In this document: positions 7,978-15,167 of the stretch, in pieces
How positions within the stretch are numbered: position 1 is the stretch's first letter
Layout: each line of letters starts with the position of its first letter
DNA from: an uncultured virus (IMG/VR IMGVR_UViG_3300020204_003072)
Lineage: Duplodnaviria > Heunggongvirae > Uroviricota > Caudoviricetes
Strand: one strand, 5' to 3'
DNA length: 20,000 nucleotides
IMG/VR virus record: IMGVR_UViG_3300020204_003072
Location: 107,689-127,688 of that record
Notes under the pieces: generated by a model
What the model was told of the DNA's origin: nothing
The model's database searches: none
What the model saw: the letters and a program-made list of their open reading frames with translations, nothing else
Made by a program: the position numbers and the translations under genes

Positions 7978-10368
7978 ATGGCAGATAAAAGAATTTCGGA
8001 ATTACCATACTTAGGTAATTCAGGTTATACAACGAGCGACATTATTCCAATTGTAAATTACTTGGTTAGTGTAACTGGTGAAACAAAACACACACCAATT
8101 AGTCAATTCAAAAACTATATATTGAGTGGTTTTTCAGATAATTTTATTACTGGAGGAACATATTCTAATGGTACAATCACACTTGATAGACAAAATGGTT
8201 CTGTATCAATTAGTGGACTATATACAGGTGGTACAGATTTTTATGTCACTGGAGGAACATATTCTAATGGTACAATCACACTTGATAGACAAAATGGTTC
8301 TGTATCAATTAGTGGACTATATACAGGTGGTACAGATTTTTTTGTTACTGGAGGAACATATGATAATACAACTGGTACACTAACATTAGAAGATAATAAC
8401 GGAACGTCATTTGGTATTACAGGATTTACAACTGGTGGAACACCAACACTACAACAAGTATTAGATTTCAATCACGACCTTATAGATGGAAACAATTTTC
8501 AAGGAACAAACGCAGGATTTGGAAATTCAGGAATAAATGTAATTGCACTTGGAACAGATTCAGCCTATTATAACACAGGAGTTAGGGTGATTGCATTGGG
8601 AACAAATTCAGCAAGATACAACAAAGGAGATGATGTAACAGCATCGGGTTATCAATCAGCTTTTTTTAATACAGGAAATACTTTGACCGCATTGGGAAAT
8701 TATTCAGCATATTTCAACACAGGATATAATGTAACCGCAACGGGTTATCGTTCAGCCTATTACAACATCGGAGATAGTGTAACCGCATTGGGTGGAGATT
8801 CGGCTTTTTGTAACAAAGGAGCTTGTGTAACCGCATTGGGAATACAGTCAGCCCTTTGCAACACAGGAAATAATCTCACCGCGGTGGGAACTCTATCGGC
8901 TCTTTGCAATATAGGATATAATGTAACCGCATCGGGTTATCGTTCAGCCTTTAGGAACTCAGGAACTACTGTAACTGCATTGGGAACAAATTCAGCGTAT
9001 TGTAACACAGGAAATGGTGTAACCGCATCGGGAATAAATTCAGCGTATTGTAACACAGGAAATAATGTAACCGCATCGGGAAATTATTCAGCATATTCCA
9101 ACACAGGAAATAATGTAACAGCATTGGGAAGAAGTTCAGCCTTTATGAACTCAGGAAGTACTATAACAGTATTGGGAACAAGTTCAGCGTATTGTAACAC
9201 AGGAAATGATGTAACCGCATTGGGTAATTGTTCAGCCTTTAGGAACTTAGGAACTACTGTGACCGCATCTGGAAATTATTCAGCTTTTTGCAACAGAGGA
9301 AATAGGGTAACCGCATTGGGAATAAATTCAGCATATTGTAACTTAGGAAATGATGTAACCGTATTGGGTTGTAATTCAGCCTTTAGGAACTCAGGAAGTA
9401 CTGTAACAGCATTGGGAACATGTTCAGTTTTTTGCAACATAGGAAATAATGTAACCGCATTGGGAATAAATTCAGCATATTGTAACTTAGGAAATGATGT
9501 AACGGCATTGGGACCAGATTCAGCCTTTAGGAACTCAGGAAGTACTGTTACCGCATTGGGAACAGGTTCAGCCTCTAGTAACTCGGGAAGTTACGTAACC
9601 GCATTGGGGATTCAATCGACGTGTTACAACACAGGAAATAATGTAACCGCATTGGGGACCCAATCGGCTAGTTGCAACATAGGAAATTGTATAACCGCAT
9701 TGGGACAAGGTTCAGCCTCTAGGAACTCAGGAGATGATGTAACCGCATTGGGTTGTAATTCAGCCTTTAGGAACTTAGGAACTACTGTAACCGCATTGGG
9801 AATAAATTCAGCATTTTGCAACATAGGAAATGATGTAACGGCATTGGGACCAAATTCAGCAGAATCCAACATAGGAAGTTATGTAACCGCATTGGGAAGA
9901 AGTTCAGCCTCTAGTAACTCGGGAAGTTACATAACAGCATTGGGAACAAATTCAGCGTATTCAAACTCAGGAAATGATGTAACCGTATTGGGTTGTAGTT
10001 CAGCCTTTAGGAACTCAGGAAGTACTGTAACAGCATTGGGAAATTATTCAGCATATTTCAACACGGGAAATAATGTAACCGCATTGGGACAAGGTTCAGC
10101 ATTTTGCAACATAGGAAATGATGTAACGGCATTGGGAACAGGTTCAGCCTCTAGTAACTCGGGAAATAATGTAATTTCTTTAGGTATTAACGCAGGTAAT
10201 GGTAATGGTTTTAGTCCTGCATTTATAGTTGCTAATACAGAATTACCATCTTATTTGAATCATGCAGCAGCAAGTGCTGCAATAACAATAGCAGCAGGTG
10301 CGGTAGCAGGCAACACTTATTTTTATTATAACCAAGGTACTGATTCAATAGGAGCTGTAAGACTTTAA
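7978..10368 (+). CDS. Tail fibre/adhesin-like protein with a beta-helix/beta-roll repeat region
   Basis: N-terminal 'MADKRISELP' as seen in phage fibre proteins; TGGTY repeats; 'TLQQVLD.N'; about 35 copies of NxGxxVTALGxxSAxx (YadA-head-like A-L-G repeats). No signal peptide or beta-barrel anchor. Confidence 0.75.
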   Translation: MADKRISELPYLGNSGYTTSDIIPIVNYLVSVTGETKHTPISQFKNYILSGFSDNFITGGTYSNGTITLDRQNGSVSISGLYTGGTDFYVTGGTYSNGTITLDRQNGSVSISGLYTGGTDFFVTGGTYDNTTGTLTLEDNNGTSFGITGFTTGGTPTLQQVLDFNHDLIDGNNFQGTNAGFGNSGINVIALGTDSAYYNTGVRVIALGTNSARYNKGDDVTASGYQSAFFNTGNTLTALGNYSAYFNTGYNVTATGYRSAYYNIGDSVTALGGDSAFCNKGACVTALGIQSALCNTGNNLTAVGTLSALCNIGYNVTASGYRSAFRNSGTTVTALGTNSAYCNTGNGVTASGINSAYCNTGNNVTASGNYSAYSNTGNNVTALGRSSAFMNSGSTITVLGTSSAYCNTGNDVTALGNCSAFRNLGTTVTASGNYSAFCNRGNRVTALGINSAYCNLGNDVTVLGCNSAFRNSGSTVTALGTCSVFCNIGNNVTALGINSAYCNLGNDVTALGPDSAFRNSGSTVTALGTGSASSNSGSYVTALGIQSTCYNTGNNVTALGTQSASCNIGNCITALGQGSASRNSGDDVTALGCNSAFRNLGTTVTALGINSAFCNIGNDVTALGPNSAESNIGSYVTALGRSSASSNSGSYITALGTNSAYSNSGNDVTVLGCSSAFRNSGSTVTALGNYSAYFNTGNNVTALGQGSAFCNIGNDVTALGTGSASSNSGNNVISLGINAGNGNGFSPAFIVANTELPSYLNHAAASAAITIAAGAVAGNTYFYYNQGTDSIGAVRL
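8149..8361 (+). repeat. 99-bp (33-aa) near-perfect tandem duplication plus a partial third copy within the fibre gene
   Basis: 'actggaggaacatat...' starts at 8149, 8248 and 8347; the first two copies differ only in their last two codons. Confidence 0.95.
8524..10203 (+). repeat. About 35 in-frame 48-bp (16-aa) coding tandem repeats
   Basis: Conserved cores gtaaccgcattggga and ttcagc at strict 48-nt spacing from 8524 (aat) to the unit starting at 10156. Confidence 0.93.
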
Positions 10369-10377
10369 TAAATAAAA

Positions 10378-10575
10378 ATAAAAAAAACAAAAAAGGAAAT
10401 TAAATTATTATTTAAGTATGAAGAACCAATCACAATTGGTGAACACAAGGTAATTGCAATTAGACAAGTACCAAGAGGAATTAGATTTAGAACTGAAAAC
10501 GGTCCAATTCTAAAAGAAGTCGAGTTTAAAGAAACTTGGGCGGAACAAGAATTACACGCTTTGTTATTGAATTGA
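10378..10575 (+). CDS. Unannotated 65-aa ORF downstream of the fibre gene with an ATA (non-canonical or mutated) start; possible fibre assembly/partner protein
   Basis: Open frame (I/M)KKTKKEIKLLFKYEEPITIGEHKVIAIRQVPRGIRFRTENGPILKEVEFKETWAEQELHALLLN*, with genome-like codon usage. It fills the gap between the fibre stop and the terminator and has no in-frame ATG. Confidence 0.55.
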   Translation: MKKTKKEIKLLFKYEEPITIGEHKVIAIRQVPRGIRFRTENGPILKEVEFKETWAEQELHALLLN

Positions 10576-10584
10576 AAAAATTAC

Positions 10585-10615
10585 CCCCAACTTTAAACTT
10601 AGGTTGGGGTTTTTT
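10585..10615 (+). terminator. Rho-independent terminator ending the fibre transcription unit
   Basis: ccccaactt-taaactt-aggttgggg stem (one G-U) followed by T6. Confidence 0.85.
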
Positions 10616-10617
10616 AT

Positions 10618-10646
10618 TTGACATTATTAGACAATTTAAATATATT
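10618..10646 (+). promoter_or_regulatory. Sigma70-like promoter for polB (TTGACA-17 nt-TATATT), overlapping a TATTTATT motif
   Basis: TTGACA at 10618-10623, 17-nt spacer, TATATT at 10641-10646, immediately after the terminator. Confidence 0.65.
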
Positions 10647-10650
10647 TATT

Positions 10651-10695
10651 GAGGTAAGGTAAATGTCGTTTGATACGACAGCAAATAAACCACTC
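10651..10695 (+). promoter_or_regulatory. Structured 5' leader (stem-loop) of polB
   Basis: tgtcgt(10664-69)/acgaca(10675-80) perfect stem with a ttgat loop; possible outer pairs ggt/acc and gag/ctc. Confidence 0.45.
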
Positions 10696-10708
10696 AAAAA
10701 AATATATA

Positions 10709-13642
10709 ATGATTACAGCAGAAGAAATTAAATCGTTTCTAGAAGGAAACGACACAGAAGAACACATTGTGGCAATTGAGTTTGACTATCAAAAAGACCA
10801 CATTTATAAAATCAAAGAAGTACCAGGAAAAGGAAAATCAATTGCTAGAGATAGTTTAATTGCATTTGCTTGGGTTGGCGATTTAAAAGGTCTTAATTTT
10901 TATCAAGGTTCCAAAGCATTACAAAAAGAAGCTATGACCAAGTATGGAATTATCATAGAAAAATTGAGAACAGATGGTAATGAACAATTAGAAAAAGGTC
11001 TCACTTTCTTAGTCAAATCACTAAAGGGATATAGAGCTCTTACACAATTTTTTAGAGATGGTGGAATTGATCCTTGGGGTGAAAAAGTAAAAGATAAGTT
11101 CTTAATGTTAACACCAACAGAACAATTCCTTATTTCAAAAGAAAAAAGATTATTTAAGGGATTTGAAGATTACAACGATATCACAAGACTTGTATTTGAC
11201 CTTGAGACGACCTCTTTGGAACCAAAGGATGGTCAAATTTTTATGATTGGAATTAAAACAAATAAAGGTCATAAAAAAGTAATTGAGTGTTCAAATGAAG
11301 ATGAAGAAAGAAAAGGTATTGTTGAGTTCTTTAAAATTATTGACGAGATAAAACCTTCAATTATTTCCGGATACAACTCAGCAAACTTTGACTGGTATTG
11401 GATTTATGAAAGATGTAAAATGTTAAATCTTGATATTAAAAAAGTTGCAAAGTCACTTCACGGTGAAAGATCTATCACACAAAAAGAATCAATATTAAAG
11501 TTAGGAAACGAAGTTGAAAGTTTTACCCAAACTCAAATGTGGGGTTATAACATTATTGATATTATCCATTCAGTTCGTAGAGCACAAGCAATCAATTCAT
11601 CAATTAAGGAAGCTGGTCTTAAATACATCACAAAATTTATTGATGCTGAAGCTAGTGACCGTGTTTATATTGACCACGATAAGATTGGTTCCTTATACAA
11701 AGAAAAAAACTTGTATTGGTTAAATATTGAAAACGGTAAATATAAAAAGGTTGGTGTTGATGAAAAAATAGATGAAGTATGTTCAAGAAGAACTGACATT
11801 TATATTCAAACAACTGGTGATGATATTGTAGAGCGTTACCTTGACGATGACTTGGAAGAAACCCTACTTGTTGATGAAGAGTTCAACCAAGGGTCATTTC
11901 TTCTTGCATCTCTTCTTCCAACAACATATGAAAGGGTTTCAACAATGGGAACAGCAACAATCTGGAAACTTGTAATGCTTGCCTGGTCCTATAAGAATGG
12001 ACTTGCAATCCCAGCAAAAAAAGAGAAAAGAAATTTTGTTGGTGGATTATCACGATTACTTAAAACTGGATATTCAAAAGATGTATTAAAGCTTGACTAC
12101 TCTTCCCTTTATCCATCTATTCAATTAACGCACGATGTTTTTCCGGAATCAGATATTACTGGTGTAATGAAAGGTTTATTATCTTACTTTAGGGATACCC
12201 GTATTATGTATAAAAATTTGGCATCTGAATATAAATCAATTGATAAGAAAAAAGCAAAATCATTTGACACAAAACAGTTACCAATTAAGATTTTTATCAA
12301 CTCTTTATTTGGTGCTCTTTCAGCCCCACAAGTATTTCCATGGGGTGATATGGATAAAGGAGAACAGATTACTTGTACTGGTCGTCAGTATTTAAGACAG
12401 ATGTTAAAATTCTTTATGAAACGAGGGTACACACCACTAGTATGTGATACAGATGGTATGAACTTTTCTTTACCAGATGAAGGTTTGGAAGATAAAAAAT
12501 ACATTGGTCGTGGATTAAACTGGTTAGTTAAAGAAGGAAAGGAATATATCGGATATGATGCCGATGTGGCCGAATTTAACGACCGGTTCATGCGTGGTAC
12601 AATGGGACTTGATTGTGACGGTACTTGGAATTCTTGTATTAACCTTGCTCGTAAAAACTACGCAACATTAGAAATTAATGGAAAAGTAAAACTTACAGGT
12701 AATACAATTAAATCTAAAAAGATGCCAAAGTATATTGAATTGTTTTTAGATAAAGGTGTTAAATTATTACTTAATGGTGACGGACAATCATTTGTTGAGT
12801 GGTACTACGAATATCTAGAAAGAATATTTGACCAAAAGATTCCACTTATGGATATTGCAAACAAGGCAAAAATTAAACAATCTATTAATGATTATATAAA
12901 AAGAAGTAAAACTAAAACAAAAGCTGGTGCTGAAATGTCAAGACAAGCTCATATGGAACTTGCAATAAGAGAAGGTCTTAATGTTAATCTTGGTGATGTT
13001 ATATATTATGTAAACAATGGAACAAAAGCTTCACACGGTGATGTTCAGAAAGTTAACCAACCTAAAAAAGGATGGACTAAAGAACAAATTGATTTGTTTT
13101 TCTCAGATAGTAAAACATCTAAAGTTGATTTCAAACAAAAAGAAAATTTTTTAAAAAACAATGGTTGGGAACAATCTTGGTCTGACGATAACTGGGTACG
13201 AAGTGATGCTAAAAATAAAGAAGCTAATACGGGTATCCCAACTGACTTAGCGTATAAGTTAACAACCACAGACTCAGTTATACAACTTAATTGTTATCGA
13301 ATTGACCCCCAAGAATTAGAAAGTAATCCAGGGTTAACTGGTGAATATAACATACAAAGAGCAATTGCAACATTTAATAAAAGAGTGGAACCATTACTTG
13401 TTGTTTTCAAAGAAGAAGTAAGAGACGGACTTTTAGTTAAGAATCCAGAAGAAAGACCTTTCTTTACAAAAAACCAATGTGAATTAATAAACGGAGTTCC
13501 TTTTGAAGAAAAAGATCAAGACGACATACAAAAAGACCTCATCGATATGGAACAAGGTGAAGTTGTTTTTTGGAAAAATGTTGGTATTAATCCAGAATAT
13601 ATTTATGAATTGGCTGAAGATGGGTGGGAAGTTTATATCTAA
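10709..13642 (+). CDS. polB: Family B DNA polymerase with 3'-5' exonuclease
   Basis: ExoI 'FDLETT', ExoII 'GYNSANFD', ExoIII 'YLDDD', motif A 'DYSSLYPS', motif B 'KIFINSLFG', motif C 'CDTDG', 'KNYA'. ATG 10709 with an A-rich leader is preferred over TTG 10670. Confidence 0.95.
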   Translation: MITAEEIKSFLEGNDTEEHIVAIEFDYQKDHIYKIKEVPGKGKSIARDSLIAFAWVGDLKGLNFYQGSKALQKEAMTKYGIIIEKLRTDGNEQLEKGLTFLVKSLKGYRALTQFFRDGGIDPWGEKVKDKFLMLTPTEQFLISKEKRLFKGFEDYNDITRLVFDLETTSLEPKDGQIFMIGIKTNKGHKKVIECSNEDEERKGIVEFFKIIDEIKPSIISGYNSANFDWYWIYERCKMLNLDIKKVAKSLHGERSITQKESILKLGNEVESFTQTQMWGYNIIDIIHSVRRAQAINSSIKEAGLKYITKFIDAEASDRVYIDHDKIGSLYKEKNLYWLNIENGKYKKVGVDEKIDEVCSRRTDIYIQTTGDDIVERYLDDDLEETLLVDEEFNQGSFLLASLLPTTYERVSTMGTATIWKLVMLAWSYKNGLAIPAKKEKRNFVGGLSRLLKTGYSKDVLKLDYSSLYPSIQLTHDVFPESDITGVMKGLLSYFRDTRIMYKNLASEYKSIDKKKAKSFDTKQLPIKIFINSLFGALSAPQVFPWGDMDKGEQITCTGRQYLRQMLKFFMKRGYTPLVCDTDGMNFSLPDEGLEDKKYIGRGLNWLVKEGKEYIGYDADVAEFNDRFMRGTMGLDCDGTWNSCINLARKNYATLEINGKVKLTGNTIKSKKMPKYIELFLDKGVKLLLNGDGQSFVEWYYEYLERIFDQKIPLMDIANKAKIKQSINDYIKRSKTKTKAGAEMSRQAHMELAIREGLNVNLGDVIYYVNNGTKASHGDVQKVNQPKKGWTKEQIDLFFSDSKTSKVDFKQKENFLKNNGWEQSWSDDNWVRSDAKNKEANTGIPTDLAYKLTTTDSVIQLNCYRIDPQELESNPGLTGEYNIQRAIATFNKRVEPLLVVFKEEVRDGLLVKNPEERPFFTKNQCELINGVPFEEKDQDDIQKDLIDMEQGEVVFWKNVGINPEYIYELAEDGWEVYI

Positions 13643-14010
13643 CCCATCTTTAGTCCATCACTAGCAATAACATACCAGTTCCCTTCTACAAATTGAAACT
13701 GAACACAAGCTCCTTTTTCTAAAAGTAGTTCGTCCCATTCTTCATCAATAGAACCTACATCTGATTTAACTAAAACATTTGTTAGTGACTTTATTGTAAT
13801 TTTTGTTGTAATTTCAGAATTGAGTAAGACTTCCGAGTTTTCAACATCTTTTACAATTAAAAATGTTTCATCATTTGTTGTATAAGTAGAATCTGAAATT
13901 ATTTTATAAACTTCTTTTGGTTTGTCAATAACAACTTGTGGTTCAACAAAAGAATGTGTTTGATATTTTACAACATTTTTTCTTGGTGTTATGTTTTCTA
14001 CTTTTATCAT
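13639..14010 (-). CDS. Hypothetical protein, probably structural (beta-rich; C-terminal 'VQFQFVEGNWYVI')
   Basis: ATGA-coupled to the neck gene; the C-terminus resembles fibre/baseplate small beta domains. Confidence 0.6.
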   Translation of the reverse strand: MIKVENITPRKNVVKYQTHSFVEPQVVIDKPKEVYKIISDSTYTTNDETFLIVKDVENSEVLLNSEITTKITIKSLTNVLVKSDVGSIDEEWDELLLEKGACVQFQFVEGNWYVIASDGLKMG

Positions 14011-15137
14011 ATTACATAAATTTGTCTTGGCATAGCTCTAAACTTGAGCTGTTTATTTAAGTTTTCTGCAAGTAATGCTTCACGTTCCATAACCTTTTCT
14101 GGTTTTAAACGAGTAAGTCTTCCTTCAGCACCTATAAGTTCGTCAATAAGTTTTGTTTTTTCATCTTTGGCTTCGGTCGCCAGTGATGTATAATCCAAAG
14201 TTAAATCACCACCTTCGCCAGTTTTTAAATTACCACTAAACTTACCACGAACTCTTGATAGTGTTTCTTTACAATATGCAATAAACCATCTTCTAACCCA
14301 AACTTGTGCTGGATTATTTAAATCAAACCAACTCATTTTATCAAATGGAACATCAGATGGTAATTTTATTATATCTGGATTATTTGCTAAACATTTATCC
14401 CTTTCACCAGGACCAACATCATAATACCAATACCAAACTCTACCTTTTGTTAAACTAGCATTACCCCAGTCAAATTTACCACCAGGTGTATTTAATAAAT
14501 GAATTGCTTTTTTACCGTCTGGTAATGCGGTAATTCTGTATGTTAAATCCCCAACTATAATTCTTCTTTGTATATTAATTTCTTGCATTCTTAATAACAT
14601 ATCAAAAGCAGGCATCATAAAATAACTACCACCCATACTACCCATTTGTGCAAGACCACCTCCACCACCTAAACCACCACCTAAACCTAGGGCTCCGAAA
14701 GACCAAGGATCAAACATAGTATTATTTAGCGTTGCTGGTGTGAACCAAAGTAGTTCGTTTATTTCTCTATTTGTTGGTATTTCATAGATTTGTTGTTCTG
14801 GTACCAACTGTATGTAGTCTTTCTTCAATTCCCATTCACCACCAGCTTGAAGTCCAACAATTTTCGAATAGGCATATGTGTATCTTGTTTCATAGTCCAA
14901 ACTTCTTGTTGTGAAAGCTTTTGCCAATGATTGAGTATCCAAATTGAGATTATAAAGTGCTGTCCATTGAGACTCAATTAACCAATCCTGAACATATTGT
15001 GAATATTCATCAATTGAAAATTCAAGTAAAGTGTCCATTTGTTCATCTTCCAATTCGACACTTCTTAATGGAGCACCAAGTAAATGTCTTACTTTGGTAT
15101 ATAACTTACTTCTTTCTGGTTCGTCAATAATTGCCAT
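14007..15137 (-). CDS. Neck / head-completion protein (T4 gp13-like)
   Basis: 'LLGAPLRSVELEDEQMD' resembles the gp13 N-terminal LGAP..VEL..Q motif; C-terminal 'WVRRW...KETLSRVRGKF...G..LTLD...L..EA'. Confidence 0.8.
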   Translation of the reverse strand: MAIIDEPERSKLYTKVRHLLGAPLRSVELEDEQMDTLLEFSIDEYSQYVQDWLIESQWTALYNLNLDTQSLAKAFTTRSLDYETRYTYAYSKIVGLQAGGEWELKKDYIQLVPEQQIYEIPTNREINELLWFTPATLNNTMFDPWSFGALGLGGGLGGGGGLAQMGSMGGSYFMMPAFDMLLRMQEINIQRRIIVGDLTYRITALPDGKKAIHLLNTPGGKFDWGNASLTKGRVWYWYYDVGPGERDKCLANNPDIIKLPSDVPFDKMSWFDLNNPAQVWVRRWFIAYCKETLSRVRGKFSGNLKTGEGGDLTLDYTSLATEAKDEKTKLIDELIGAEGRLTRLKPEKVMEREALLAENLNKQLKFRAMPRQIYVI

Positions 15138-15149
15138 TGTGATTTTTTA

Positions 15150-15157
15150 TATAAATA
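15150..15157 (-). promoter_or_regulatory. TATTTATA motif (minus strand), putative late promoter of the neck gene
   Basis: 12 nt upstream of the ATG at 15137. Confidence 0.5.
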
Positions 15158-15167
15158 TCACAATAAA

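Noticed and set aside
8524..10203. CRISPR array
   Set aside because: The period is an exact 48 nt in frame within a long ORF, variation is codon-wise, there are no unique spacers and no cas genes.
8524..10203. Diversity-generating retroelement target (VR/TR)
   Set aside because: Differences between units are not adenine-specific, and there is no reverse transcriptase or template repeat in the window.
8524..10203. Ice-nucleation protein (16-aa period, GSTVTA resembles GSTxTA)
   Set aside because: TxT occurs in only a minority of units, and the AGYGS and SxLxA elements are missing. The A-L-G-x-x-S-A pattern fits fibre/YadA-like repeats better.
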